Of a DNA stretch of 64,000 nt, positions 40,125-50,611 are shown piece after piece (within the stretch, counting starts at the first letter, position 1; every line of letters begins with the position of its first letter). The DNA lies in NCBI GenBank assembly GCA_964532225.1, contig CAZHHM010000005.1, positions 12,100 through 76,099 on the forward strand, read 5' to 3'. The notes below the pieces were generated by a model. The model was not told the origin of the DNA. It saw only the letters and a program-made list of their open reading frames with translations, and made no database searches. This stretch comes from an uncultured bacterium. GTDB lineage: Bacteria; Margulisbacteria; WOR-1; JAKLHX01. The translations under genes were made by a program, and so were the position numbers.

Positions 40125-41278
40125 AGTTTTTTCCTTTCAAGGACCAGTTTATAGACGTTCTCGATCTGCTCCCCTATCGTCTTCCAGTTGTATTTCGTTT
40201 CGACCAGCTCTCTTCCTCTCTGCCCCATTCTTTCCGCGAGGTTAGGGTCCTTGAGCACCTTTATGATGGCGTCCGCAAGGGCTTCCGAGTTCCTTGGCTC
40301 GACTAGAAGGCCGCTCTTCCCTTCATCCATGACGTTGTTCACTCCGGGGATATTTGAAGCAATGACAGGGGTCCGGCAGGCCATGGATTCAAGCTGTACA
40401 ATGCCGAAAGCCTCGAGCCTGTTGATCGACGGGAATACGAACATGGCGGATGTGGAATACAGCTCGACCATCTGGTCAAGGTTGACCTTTCCTTTGAACT
40501 CGATATGGTCCCTTACACCGATCTTGTCGATAAAAGCCTCTACATGAGGTTTTTCCTCTCCCTCGCCGCAGATCACGAACTTCGCGTCGGGGACGGCCTT
40601 AAGTACCATCGGAATGGCCTTCACAAGATAATCGATACCTTTATTGGCGGCAAGCCTTCCGAGAAAGAGCACTTTTTTCCTGTCCCTCTTAGCCTCGGTT
40701 ATCCCCTGTTTCTTTGCTGACGAATCAAAAAGCTCGTAATGTATGCCGATCGGTATGGCATAGTGCGGGAACTTGCTTACTACCGGAGAGGTCGATGCAT
40801 AGCTTTCGGTCGTAGTTATTATTGCGTCCACTTTCGGAAGGACCCAGCGGGCATAGGCGTTAGTGGCCGATTCGACCGCTTTGATGACCCATTTAGGCAT
40901 CTTCAGTCCGAGGAACTTCTCTGACATGGTCGTATCGCAGTGATAAGTGACCACATGAGGGACCTTGAGCCTGTTGCGCACCGCCCTGGCGAACCCGAAC
41001 GGAGGACAGTGTGAATGTACGACATCGAACCCGTCCAGCATCTTCAGGCTGAACTTGTTGGATATCGGAAGATAGATCAGGTTCATAGCATCAAGCCTTT
41101 TAACCTTTATCCCGTCCATGATCTCCTCGGAAGGTGCCCCGGCCTCTTTAGGGATGTTATTCGTGATGATCGTCACATCGTGGCCCCTTGACACGAGCTC
41201 GAGGGACACATCTTTCACATATTTCTCAGTGCCTCCGAAATGAGGGAAAAAATACGGGACAAGCATGGCGATCTTCAT
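40121..41278 (-). CDS. Glycosyltransferase family 4
   Basis: GT4 C-terminal EAFGIVQLESMA motif. Confidence 0.8.
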   Translation of the reverse strand: MKIAMLVPYFFPHFGGTEKYVKDVSLELVSRGHDVTIITNNIPKEAGAPSEEIMDGIKVKRLDAMNLIYLPISNKFSLKMLDGFDVVHSHCPPFGFARAVRNRLKVPHVVTYHCDTTMSEKFLGLKMPKWVIKAVESATNAYARWVLPKVDAIITTTESYASTSPVVSKFPHYAIPIGIHYELFDSSAKKQGITEAKRDRKKVLFLGRLAANKGIDYLVKAIPMVLKAVPDAKFVICGEGEEKPHVEAFIDKIGVRDHIEFKGKVNLDQMVELYSTSAMFVFPSINRLEAFGIVQLESMACRTPVIASNIPGVNNVMDEGKSGLLVEPRNSEALADAIIKVLKDPNLAERMGQRGRELVETKYNWKTIGEQIENVYKLVLERKKL

Positions 41279-41296
41279 CGTGGTCTCCTTTCTTAG

Positions 41297-43744
41297 TTAG
41301 ATCCAGAACAGCAGACGCCGTCTCGATTGCTCCGCCATCGGGTCAAGCGGCCCTATTTTCCGGTACAGGGACAGCGCTTCCTTCACTCTGCCTCTTTCCA
41401 TCTCAACATCACCGAGGTTGAGCAATGCCGGCGAAAAGTCCTTGTCGGTCTTGAGAGCTGACCGGAACTCGGACTCCGCCCTGTCGGCTTCCCCCGCCAT
41501 CTTGAGCATTACACCGTAATTATTATGATAGATACTGTTCCCCTTGTCACCCGAGACACATGACATGAAGAGGGTCCTTGCTTTTTCCGTCTCGCCGTTG
41601 TGCAGAAGCACGCATGCCAGATTGTTAACGGACGGCAGAAGCATTGAGTCCAGCTGAGAGGACAATGTAAAATCGTCCTCGGCTGCTTTGATCCTTGACT
41701 TCATGAACTGGTCGAAACCGCTGTTGTTCTGCCCCTGCCCGAAGGACATGAGCGTCAGGTCCTCATCTTCATTGGCCCTGGTCCTGCGGAAATCCCCTCC
41801 CCAGACGGCTCTAAGGGACCTTGTCGCCGAGTCGAAGGCAAGCGCTATCTTTTTGTTCCTTATGGAGTAGCTGCTCACCTTGGTAAGTCTGTCGACGCGT
41901 GAAGAGACCCCGCTGTGTCCGATATCCTCCTGGGACACCTTTTCATATTCCGAGAGCGCCTGCTCGATCATACCCTGAGCTTCCAGGCAGCTCGCATGTT
42001 CGGCCCTTGCGGTGCGCTCCCAGTCGTTCCCCTCTGTGGTCTTGAACTCGAGCACTTTTTCGAATTGCGCCTGTGCGAGGTCATACCGGCCCTGTTCTTT
42101 GAATATCTGTCCCAGAAGGATATGTGACTGCGGCGCTCTTGAAGCGTCCCTGATGGCCTTTTGCAGTGACCTTATAGCGGCATCGAGCTGGCCTCTTTTA
42201 TGCTGGAGCCTTGCAAGATCAAGGTTCAGCCCCGCCCTCCACGGGTCCTGCTCGATCTTGGACTTGAGCGTCTCCATCTCTTTGTCCAGCTCCTTCTCGG
42301 AGACTGCCTGGAAACGTTTTTGGATAGCTGTATCGTACGGCTGGGTCGCAAGCGCGCTGCGGTATGAATCCTTTGCCCTGTCTGTAAGGTCTATCTTGGC
42401 GAATGCCTGTCCCAGGATCTCGAAAGCAGGAGTGCAGTTCTTCTCTTTCGCAACAAGCTCTTCGGCAACCGATATCGCCTTCCTCGCCTCTCCGCTCGAA
42501 ATATATCCCTGTGCAAGGACCAGAAGGGCATCCGTCATCGAAGGGTCCGCCTTGAGTATCTCCCTGCATTTTCGCTCGATATGATCAAGCTGCGAAGGGT
42601 CCAGCTTGACGATGTGCCGGAACCCCGCAAGGGCTTCTTTGATGTTCCCGTCGCCCATATAGCAATCCGCTAGGCTCTGATGCGCGGCAAGCTGGTCAGG
42701 GAACGCGGAAATGATCTTGAGATATCCTTCCATGCTCTTCTTCCTGAGATCCGGAGCCTGCCGCATCAGATTGTCATACATCTCAACGGCCTCAGAGTAC
42801 TGCCCTTTGGCGGTAAGGCACTGCGCCAGGAGCTCGGTGGCGTCGATATTGTCAGGATAGGTCAGCAGAAGTTCTTTAAGAAAAGGCACAAGATACCCTT
42901 CCCTGTCGGAAGACAGTTCAGAGAGCTTCTTCGCGCATTGTACTGCTTTGTCCGGTTTCAGGCATTTGGCGTATGTCTCGGCAAGCTTTTCAAGGACCGT
43001 TGGGCTGTTCGGGGACAGTCTCAGCAGTTCTTCAAGCCTGTCAAGGGTCTCGCTGAGCACCTCAGGGTCATCCGAAAGCATCTGGCCGAGCTTTTCTGCA
43101 GCACTGTCAAAATTGTTCAGCCGCTTATACAGCTCCTGTAGAGTGCGGAGCACCCTCTTGCTCGAAGGGTCTATCTTCAAAAGGTCCTCATAGAGCATTA
43201 TCGCGTCTGCATGCCTGCCTTTTTCGATATAGGCACCTGCCAATGCTTCAAGAAGCGTCGGATCTCCTTTGCCCGACTCCATTGCCTTTTCCAAAAGTGA
43301 GATAGCGCCGTCAAGCCTTCCGAGCTTAAGATAGATGCGGCCAAGCATATTGTAGATCTCGGCCGTTTCAGGAGATATCTCTACCAGCTCTTCAAGATCG
43401 ATTATCGCCGCGTCAACATTCCCCTGGGACAGATGGTACTCCACAAGGGCAAGTCTGGACTGTACGTCCGAGAGGTTCGAGATGATGTATTCCTCAAAAT
43501 CGATGATGACCTTCGGGTATATCGAAGGCCTGAACATCGACGCTATCTTGTAATAGCGGAGAGCTTCTTTGGGGTTCCCCTGATAAAGATAAGCAGCGCC
43601 CATCAACCTGTTGGTCTCAGGGTCCTTGGGGTCCTTTCTGATCCTCTTTTTTATATCCTCTAAGTTTGTCAATGCTGTCAGCGGGAGCCTTCCCTCATTA
43701 TTAATAATATACCTAAACTTGATACTATCATAGGCGGGAACCAT
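41297..43744 (-). CDS. Large TPR-repeat protein
   Basis: 815 aa of tandem TPR-like helical repeats. Confidence 0.7.
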   Translation of the reverse strand: MVPAYDSIKFRYIINNEGRLPLTALTNLEDIKKRIRKDPKDPETNRLMGAAYLYQGNPKEALRYYKIASMFRPSIYPKVIIDFEEYIISNLSDVQSRLALVEYHLSQGNVDAAIIDLEELVEISPETAEIYNMLGRIYLKLGRLDGAISLLEKAMESGKGDPTLLEALAGAYIEKGRHADAIMLYEDLLKIDPSSKRVLRTLQELYKRLNNFDSAAEKLGQMLSDDPEVLSETLDRLEELLRLSPNSPTVLEKLAETYAKCLKPDKAVQCAKKLSELSSDREGYLVPFLKELLLTYPDNIDATELLAQCLTAKGQYSEAVEMYDNLMRQAPDLRKKSMEGYLKIISAFPDQLAAHQSLADCYMGDGNIKEALAGFRHIVKLDPSQLDHIERKCREILKADPSMTDALLVLAQGYISSGEARKAISVAEELVAKEKNCTPAFEILGQAFAKIDLTDRAKDSYRSALATQPYDTAIQKRFQAVSEKELDKEMETLKSKIEQDPWRAGLNLDLARLQHKRGQLDAAIRSLQKAIRDASRAPQSHILLGQIFKEQGRYDLAQAQFEKVLEFKTTEGNDWERTARAEHASCLEAQGMIEQALSEYEKVSQEDIGHSGVSSRVDRLTKVSSYSIRNKKIALAFDSATRSLRAVWGGDFRRTRANEDEDLTLMSFGQGQNNSGFDQFMKSRIKAAEDDFTLSSQLDSMLLPSVNNLACVLLHNGETEKARTLFMSCVSGDKGNSIYHNNYGVMLKMAGEADRAESEFRSALKTDKDFSPALLNLGDVEMERGRVKEALSLYRKIGPLDPMAEQSRRRLLFWI

Positions 43745-44751
43745 GCCGCTACGACCGGATCAACGATCCCCCCTCTTCCGAGGGACCTGAAGACCGAGGC
43801 AAGCACGTAATAAGTGAAGATCACGATAACGCTCAGCAGGAACCCCCAGGATTTCCCCGCTTTTAACGACGGGATGCTCAGAGGTATGGCAAGAAAAGCA
43901 AAAACGAATGTGGTCAGAGGCACTGAGAACTTCATATGAAAATCCGTGGCAAGGGATACTGTGTTCACCCCGGCTTTCTTAAGCTGTATTATGGTCTCGT
44001 CAAGCTCTCTGCTGGTCATATGTTCGGATGTCTTCTGCTGGGACAGGGTCATGACATCCTCGTTGAGGACAATATCCATGGCTGCAAAATCAGCGATATA
44101 CCCGAGTTTTCCGTCGTCATTGAAAGAATGCACTGCGCCTTTTGAGAGGACCCATTTATCCGGAAGTGCGTTCGCCGTTCTTGCCGTTATCACTCTCGGC
44201 ACCCTGCCTGAATTGATATCGTAGATCATGATATCGTCAAGCCGCTTGGTAGCGTAGTCGATCCTTCTGACGTAGAAGAAACGGCCTGCGCTGTCACGGA
44301 AGAAGACGTTCTCCTTCATTTCATCGACCGGCTGTTTGAACATGATGTGCCTGATTATCCCGTCCGACACCCGGTTGGCATGCGGAACGACCCTTTCGTT
44401 TATAAAAAATGCCGCTCCGCTTACAAAAAGCGAAAGGACCAGGACCGGCATGGCGATCCTGAAAAAGCTTACACCTGAGGTCCTGATGGCGGTCATCTCA
44501 CTTTCCCTTGCCATTCTTCCGAGGACTATGGCAGTAGCGAACAGGAAAGAGACAGGGAATGTAAGTACCATAATGGCAGGAAGCTTGTAAAGGATCAGCC
44601 GGATAATAAGAAGGGGCGCGATGCCCCTATTTATTATGAGATCTATGAACGTGAAGAGAAGGTCGGTCGTCATTATCAGCACGAAACCGATGATACCCAG
44701 AAGGAACGGAGAAAAGAGCTCGCTGATCACATAGCGGTCTATGATCTTCAT
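43678..44751 (-). CDS. LptF/LptG-family LPS export permease (YjgP/YjgQ)
   Basis: MKIIDRYVISELFSPFLLGIIGFVLI N-terminus. Six-TM layout with periplasmic beta-jellyroll. Confidence 0.8.
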   Translation of the reverse strand: MKIIDRYVISELFSPFLLGIIGFVLIMTTDLLFTFIDLIINRGIAPLLIIRLILYKLPAIMVLTFPVSFLFATAIVLGRMARESEMTAIRTSGVSFFRIAMPVLVLSLFVSGAAFFINERVVPHANRVSDGIIRHIMFKQPVDEMKENVFFRDSAGRFFYVRRIDYATKRLDDIMIYDINSGRVPRVITARTANALPDKWVLSKGAVHSFNDDGKLGYIADFAAMDIVLNEDVMTLSQQKTSEHMTSRELDETIIQLKKAGVNTVSLATDFHMKFSVPLTTFVFAFLAIPLSIPSLKAGKSWGFLLSVIVIFTYYVLASVFRSLGRGGIVDPVVAAWFPPMIVSSLGILLIMREGSR

Positions 44752-44951
44752 TATTGCATCTCTGCTTCTCTTTGTCTGCGCCTTTCCCTTTTAATGGCCT
44801 GGGCCAGCTCCCTCCTTTTTTTCTGAGAAGGTTTTTCGTAGAATTCCCTACGCTTCATCTCCTCGAGGATGCCTTCTTTCCTGATCTTGCTCTTGAATTT
44901 TTTAAGAGCCTTGTCAATGGATTCATCCTTCCTGATTTCGACCTTTGCCAA
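44751..44951 (-). CDS. rpsU: 30S ribosomal protein S21
   Basis: MAKVEIRKDESIDKALKKFKSK.... Confidence 0.9.
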   Translation of the reverse strand: MAKVEIRKDESIDKALKKFKSKIRKEGILEEMKRREFYEKPSQKKRRELAQAIKRERRRQREAEMQ

Positions 44952-44984
44952 GAAAATCCCTCCTTCTTCAGAATATTTTATTTC

Positions 44985-45323
44985 TCAACCCGGAGGCCAC
45001 TTCATCTGTCTTCCGCCAAGGACATGAAAATGTATATGATCTACTGTCTGTCCTCCGTCCCTGCCGGAATTGGCGACCACTCTGTAGCCGCCCTTATCAA
45101 GACCTGTCTTAGTAATAATAGCATTTATTGCGCCAAAAATCCCGGAAAAGATATCCCCCGACATGACATCCTCAAGACGGGCATAGTGCTCCCTAGGGAT
45201 CACCACGAAATGATGCGGTGCCTGAGGGGAAATATCCTTAAAAGCGATCACTTTATCGTCAGAATAGACCGTATCTGACTTGATCCTGCCCGAGGCTATG
45301 GAACAAAAAATGCAGTCATCCAT
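44985..45323 (-). CDS. HIT-family hydrolase
   Basis: Histidine triad HIHFHVLGG. Confidence 0.85.
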   Translation of the reverse strand: MDDCIFCSIASGRIKSDTVYSDDKVIAFKDISPQAPHHFVVIPREHYARLEDVMSGDIFSGIFGAINAIITKTGLDKGGYRVVANSGRDGGQTVDHIHFHVLGGRQMKWPPG

Positions 45324-46038
45324 TCTTTTGTTCCCTTACAGGCTGAGGTGCCGGACCTTGGTCCTTTTTGTCCTGCGGCTTGACCTTAGGCTGATATTCG
45401 TACTGGAGGCAGCAGAGAAGCTTTCCGCAAACTCCGCAGACCTTCGACTGGTTCATAGGTATCCCCTGCTCCTTGAGCATCTTTACCGTAACATGAGGGA
45501 ACTCGTCAAGGAACGTTGAGCAGCACAATCCTCTCCCGCAGATCCCGATACCCCCGATTATCCTGGCCTCATCCCGGGCGCTGACCGACTGCATCTCCAC
45601 CTTAAGCCCGACACGGGAAGAAACGTCCCTTACGAACTCTTTGCTCGAAAAATTGCCTTTCTGTGAAAGGTTCTTGAAATAGACGATAGCTTTGCTCTCG
45701 TCGAACAGTATCTCGGCATTGATCACTTTGATCTGCAGTCCGTACTCCTTGACCTTTGAGCAAGCTGCGCAGAACGCGTCCCGCTCTCTGGACAGAAAAG
45801 TCTTTTCCTTCTCGATATCCTTTTCATCCGCGTAGCGGACCAGCTTCCTCAGCTTTATCAGCGCGCCTTCACGATGTCCCCTGGGCGTATTTATCATCGT
45901 GATATTACCGAACTCCATTCCCCTGTCGGTCTCGACTATGACTGAGGCCCCCATTTTCAGGTCCTGCTCCTTATAACCCTTGAGAACTGACACATTATTG
46001 AACTTACGGAACCTTACACCTACATAACTTTCGTTCAT
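45316..46038 (-). CDS. PSP1/RicT-family protein
   Basis: PSP1 C-terminal domain with GICGRGLCC. Located downstream of holB as in many bacteria. Confidence 0.8.
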   Translation of the reverse strand: MNESYVGVRFRKFNNVSVLKGYKEQDLKMGASVIVETDRGMEFGNITMINTPRGHREGALIKLRKLVRYADEKDIEKEKTFLSRERDAFCAACSKVKEYGLQIKVINAEILFDESKAIVYFKNLSQKGNFSSKEFVRDVSSRVGLKVEMQSVSARDEARIIGGIGICGRGLCCSTFLDEFPHVTVKMLKEQGIPMNQSKVCGVCGKLLCCLQYEYQPKVKPQDKKDQGPAPQPVREQKNG

Positions 46039-46796
46039 TTCTTAAGCACCCCCGCTAGTCTCAGGAACGTCACATCGGAAAGCAGTCTCGGATTTGCCAT
46101 CTTCTTGAGCGAGACGACCGCCTCCAGTAGTATCCTGGCATTTTTGGCCCGGTCTTTTCCGGCATAATGGCCGGCCAACCTCACGAACTTGTCCTCGAGC
46201 TCATCCCTGGTCGTTTCGGCATCCCTCGGACAGAACCTCTCAGAGAATGCCAGCGCGTCTTCAGCCGATCTGCCGTCAAATATCTCCTCCGGGGCATCGA
46301 GCTGAGGCGATGAAGTAAAAACGACCTTCTGGCATCTTGACGCCACTGTCCTTGGCATAGCGGTCTCCCTGTCCGTCATCAAGATGAACAGGACTTTAGA
46401 AGGCGGCTCTTCCAGGATCTTCAGTATCGCATTGGCGGCTGCTGTCTCCATTTTGTCCGCGCCATGTACGAGCACTGCCATATACTTGCCTTCTGACGGT
46501 CCGTATTTGACCCTGTCACGGACCTCTCTGCTCTGGTCGATCTTCACTATCCCCTTTTTGCCCTGAGGCACGATCTCGATAATGTCCGGGTGTATGCCGC
46601 TGTCGATCTTAAGGCAATCCCTGCACGAACCGCAGGCACCGCAGTTGAGGTTCTTTACGAGAGCCCTTGCATAGGCCCCCGCTTTTCCCGTGTCAAAGCT
46701 GACAAAAAGGTAGGCTCCGGGGACCCTGTCCCTCATGACAGAGTTCATGAGCATCCTTTTTGCCCGGGGCTCGCCGTCAAGTATGCTGAGATCCAT
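46035..46796 (-). CDS. holB: DNA polymerase III delta-prime subunit (short)
   Basis: AYLF..., zinc-module CGACGSCRDC, SRCQ sensor. Confidence 0.75.
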   Translation of the reverse strand: MDLSILDGEPRAKRMLMNSVMRDRVPGAYLFVSFDTGKAGAYARALVKNLNCGACGSCRDCLKIDSGIHPDIIEIVPQGKKGIVKIDQSREVRDRVKYGPSEGKYMAVLVHGADKMETAAANAILKILEEPPSKVLFILMTDRETAMPRTVASRCQKVVFTSSPQLDAPEEIFDGRSAEDALAFSERFCPRDAETTRDELEDKFVRLAGHYAGKDRAKNARILLEAVVSLKKMANPRLLSDVTFLRLAGVLKK

Positions 46797-46827
46797 GTTG
46801 TATTGATTATATCAAATAGGCCTGCGC

Positions 46828-48993
46828 CTATTTAGCTATCGTCACCCTGTATACGTCATAGACGTCCGCGACCTTCCGGATGGCATCCATGACGTTCTTG
46901 AGGTGAGAAACGCTCTTAATATCAAGAACAAGGCCTATTAGTGCGGCGCTGCTCTTTTTGGTACGCAGCTCCACCGTCGCGATGTTCGTTTTTGTCTCGG
47001 ATATCTGGTTCACAACGTCCTTGAGCAGTCCGACCCTGTCAAATGCCTCAACTTCGATGTTGACGCGATAGCTCTGTTCAGCTGCACTGTTCCATTCTGC
47101 CGGGACAAGCTTCTGGTCAAGTCCGTTATCCGTAAGGATATTAGGGCAGTCCGCCCTGTGGACCGTAACACCGCGCCCTCTTGTGATAAAACCGACGATC
47201 TCGTCACCGGGAAGAGGGAAGCAGCATTTGGCATACCGCACAAGGAGGTTATCCATGCCGGACACCCTGACGGCCTGCGTTGAGTGCTTCGTGCCGTGCT
47301 CGAACTTTGGCTTTATAAGTTCCGTGTGCAGAGGTTCGATCACCTTCTTCTTTTCGAGGTAAAGTCTTATCTCCTTGGCGGCCGTTGCCGCATTGAGCTC
47401 TCCTCTGCCTATCATGGCAAGGATGTCCTCTCTGTCGTTGAGGCTGTGCTTTTGCAGCACCTCGGACATATCCGTTGACTCAAAGAGGGCAAAATCGACG
47501 GCCCCGATCTTATGGAGCTCTTCCTTCAGAAGTTCCCTGCCTGAGCTTATATGGTCCTCGCGTTTCTGCTTCTTGAACCAGGACTTTATCTTTGCCTTCG
47601 CTCCCGATGTCGCGGCAAATGACAGCCAGTCGAGCCTCGGGTTGTCCCTGTTGCAGGTAAGGACCTCGATAATGTCACCGCTTTTCAGTTTTGTGTCCAG
47701 CGGCATTATCTTGCCGTTGACCTTGGCGCCGATGCACCGGTGCCCTACCTGGGTATGGACGTGGTAGGCAAAGTCTATCGGTGTCGCGTCTATCGGCAGA
47801 GTGTAAACGTCGCCTTTAGGGGAATAAACGAAGACCTCGTCCATAAAGAGGTCGATCTTGAGGTTTTCAAGGAAGACCTTGGCATCTTTTATATCGCTCT
47901 GATTGTCGAGCAGCTGCCTGATCCAGGCCAGTTTTGAATCGAACTTCCTGTCGGTGTCCCCGCCCTCCTTGTACTTCCAGTGGGCTGCAATGCCGTACTC
48001 GGCGATCCTGTGCATTTCCTTGGTCCTGATCTGTATCTCAACAGGCCTTCCTTCCGGACCAATTATGGTTGTATGGAGGGTCTGATAACCGTTCGACTTA
48101 GGTACAGCGATAAAGTCGCGGAACCTGCCCGGGATCGGCTTCCACATAGAATGGACCACGCCCAGCACTGCATAGCACTCTTTGACCGATTCTACAATGA
48201 CACGGACAGCAACAAGATCGTATATGTCGTCGAACTCGATGTTCTTCTGGACTATCTTGTTGTAAATGCTGTAAAAATGCTTTGACCTGCCGGATATCTG
48301 GGCCATTATCCCTACCTTACCCAGAGCAGAACTGACCTGCCCGATGAAGTCGTCGATATATTTTTCTCTGTCGATCTTCTTTTGAGACACCAGGGCTTTT
48401 ATCTGGTCATATTTATCTCGTTCCAAATAGCTGAACGCCAGGTCCTCCAGCTCCCATTTCAGCTGCCACATCCCAAGCCTGTGAGCGAGAGGAGCGTATA
48501 TCTCCATGGTCTCGGTGGATATCTCCTTTTGCTTTTCCGGAGGTAGATGCTTCAGTGTCTGCATATTATGCAGCCTGTCAGCAAGTTTGATGATGATTAT
48601 CCTGAGGTCTTCGGCCATGGACACGAACATCTTGCGGAAGTTCTCCGCCTGTCGCTCCTCTTTTGAACCGAACGATATCTGACCCAGCTTCGTAACGCCC
48701 ATGACAAGCCTTGCCACGGTCTCCCCGAAATCATCCTTGATCTGCTGGGGCGTTATGTTCCCGTCCTCGACGGAATCATGCAGGAGCGAAGCGGTTATGG
48801 TAGGGACATCCTGTTCGAGCTCAGCGAGTATGAAGGCGACCTCTAATGGATGGGTGATGAAAGGATCTCCGGACAGTCTCATCTGCCCTTCGTGGGCCTT
48901 ATCGGCGAATTCGTAAGCTTTCCGGATAAGCTGTATCTCCGGAGATGACGCGTACCTTGATACGCGCTCTAAAAGCTTATCGATGTCGTGCAT
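46828..48993 (-). CDS. Bifunctional (p)ppGpp synthetase/hydrolase RelA/SpoT
   Basis: HD domain. RelA_SpoT synthetase domain (YQTLHT region). TGS and ACT C-terminal domains. 721 aa. Confidence 0.9.
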   Translation of the reverse strand: MHDIDKLLERVSRYASSPEIQLIRKAYEFADKAHEGQMRLSGDPFITHPLEVAFILAELEQDVPTITASLLHDSVEDGNITPQQIKDDFGETVARLVMGVTKLGQISFGSKEERQAENFRKMFVSMAEDLRIIIIKLADRLHNMQTLKHLPPEKQKEISTETMEIYAPLAHRLGMWQLKWELEDLAFSYLERDKYDQIKALVSQKKIDREKYIDDFIGQVSSALGKVGIMAQISGRSKHFYSIYNKIVQKNIEFDDIYDLVAVRVIVESVKECYAVLGVVHSMWKPIPGRFRDFIAVPKSNGYQTLHTTIIGPEGRPVEIQIRTKEMHRIAEYGIAAHWKYKEGGDTDRKFDSKLAWIRQLLDNQSDIKDAKVFLENLKIDLFMDEVFVYSPKGDVYTLPIDATPIDFAYHVHTQVGHRCIGAKVNGKIMPLDTKLKSGDIIEVLTCNRDNPRLDWLSFAATSGAKAKIKSWFKKQKREDHISSGRELLKEELHKIGAVDFALFESTDMSEVLQKHSLNDREDILAMIGRGELNAATAAKEIRLYLEKKKVIEPLHTELIKPKFEHGTKHSTQAVRVSGMDNLLVRYAKCCFPLPGDEIVGFITRGRGVTVHRADCPNILTDNGLDQKLVPAEWNSAAEQSYRVNIEVEAFDRVGLLKDVVNQISETKTNIATVELRTKKSSAALIGLVLDIKSVSHLKNVMDAIRKVADVYDVYRVTIAK

Positions 48994-48996
48994 TTG

Positions 48997-49671
48997 TCAG
49001 CGTTTCAGATCCCTTCTGTATGAGACTGTCCTTCTGTCCATGACACCGATGCTGGGAGGTATCGCGGACCTTTTCCTCTGCTCATAATGCTGGTGCTGGC
49101 TGGGCCTCTGTTCCGGTTTGTTGTTGATCAGCTTTGACTTAAGCCAAATGTCCGATGAAAGCTCAAGCGTGAATGCCAGGTCGAGCGCCTCTCTCAGGGA
49201 AGACGCATATGTGAATATCCCGTAACCCTTGACGACAACGGCCGACGGTGACGGGTTCATGTTAGACAGGATAGCCTTAGAAAGCTCATCCTTGTCCGAT
49301 ACCTGTCTCGGCTTTACGATGCTGAGGCCGAAAGGAAATGCCGACTGGCCCTTTGCATCCTGAGGCAGTATCTTGTTCTCGGTAAGTGAAAGCGCCATTG
49401 CGCTTTTAGGATGGCAGTGCACTATCGCTTTTGCCGCTGTATTGCCGTAGATGGCCCTGTGTATGATCAGGTCCCTGGATGCCCACTCATTGCCATCCCC
49501 TTCCTGGAGCTCGATGATGTCCTCGGCCTTGATATCATCGTTATAGAGGCCCTTGGAAGTTATGGTCATCTTCCCGCTGTCGAGAACACTGATGTTCCCC
49601 CCCGTAAGGTCGTTCATCCCGGACTGAAAAAGGACTGTCATTGCTTTCTTTATCGCTTCGGCTTGGCCCAT
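48997..49671 (-). CDS. Class II aldolase/adducin-family protein
   Basis: IVHCHPKSAMALS metal-binding histidine region. 224 aa. Confidence 0.7.
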   Translation of the reverse strand: MGQAEAIKKAMTVLFQSGMNDLTGGNISVLDSGKMTITSKGLYNDDIKAEDIIELQEGDGNEWASRDLIIHRAIYGNTAAKAIVHCHPKSAMALSLTENKILPQDAKGQSAFPFGLSIVKPRQVSDKDELSKAILSNMNPSPSAVVVKGYGIFTYASSLREALDLAFTLELSSDIWLKSKLINNKPEQRPSQHQHYEQRKRSAIPPSIGVMDRRTVSYRRDLKR

Positions 49672-49684
49672 TTTGTTTTCCTTT

Positions 49685-50611
49685 CTAGATATCGCCTTCT
49701 TTGAGAGGCATGAACTCGCAATAGTCTTTGATCGATCTGTACCTTGAAGTGATCTCCTGGTGTGTCAGATCGCGCATCCTGTCTAGCGAGAAACCTTCAA
49801 CGTTGTAGGAGGCCATTACCGTTCCGATCACAACGGCTTTCTTCATGTTCTCCACGGACCTGTCTCCCGTCTTTGCGAGGTATCCAGCGAACCCTCCCGC
49901 GAAACTGTCGCCTGCTCCTGTAGGATCGATAAGCATTTCTTGCGGGAACGAAGGTGCTGAGAATCTGGTCTTTTTTGTGAAGAAAAGCGCTCCGTGCTCT
50001 CCTTTTTTGATTATAACATGCTTGGCCCCCTCTGCCAGTATTCCGGATGCTGCTGAGATCAGGTTCGGCGTACCCATCAGCTCCCTAGCCTCCATCTCAT
50101 TAAGAAGCATGACATCTACGCTCCTTATTACCTGCATGAGCTTCTCTTTCTTTGTCTGGATCCAGTAATTCATTGAATCGGCGATCACAAGATCGGTGCC
50201 CTTCATCTGGCCTATGATCCTGAGCTGCAGTTCTGGGTCAAGGTTCGCGAGGAAAACGATCCGGCTGTCCAGATACTCTTCAGGCAGCTCCGGATCGAAC
50301 TGAGAGAGCACGTTAAGGTCCGTTTTAAGGGTATGCGCCTGGTTCATGTCGAACTCGTAGTAACCGCTCCAGCGGAAGGTCTTACCTTCGCGGTAGCGGA
50401 CACCTTTCAGGTCCACCTTTTTTGATGAAAGGAAATCAATGTGCTCTGCGGGAAAATCCTTGCCGATGACGCTTACCAGCCTCACGGGAGAGAAAAAGCT
50501 GGCAGCTACTGCTGAGTGGACCCCTGACCCGCCAAGACATGCCTTCCTTTCACCGAAAGGCGTTTTTACATCGTCAAGGGCCATGGAGCCTGCTATGAGG
50601 ACGGGTTTCAT
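49685..50611 (-). CDS. PfkB-family carbohydrate/nucleoside kinase
   Basis: N-terminal GG motif ([14 protein letters not shown]) and C-terminal [13 protein letters not shown]. Confidence 0.8.
   Translation of the reverse strand: MKPVLIAGSMALDDVKTPFGERKACLGGSGVHSAVAASFFSPVRLVSVIGKDFPAEHIDFLSSKKVDLKGVRYREGKTFRWSGYYEFDMNQAHTLKTDLNVLSQFDPELPEEYLDSRIVFLANLDPELQLRIIGQMKGTDLVIADSMNYWIQTKKEKLMQVIRSVDVMLLNEMEARELMGTPNLISAASGILAEGAKHVIIKKGEHGALFFTKKTRFSAPSFPQEMLIDPTGAGDSFAGGFAGYLAKTGDRSVENMKKAVVIGTVMASYNVEGFSLDRMRDLTHQEITSRYRSIKDYCEFMPLKEGDI

Noticed and set aside
42012-42584. 190-aa plus-strand ORF and other ORFs inside the TPR gene
   Set aside because: Antisense to the 815-aa TPR gene, Ser/Ala-rich. 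Typical GC-frame artefacts.
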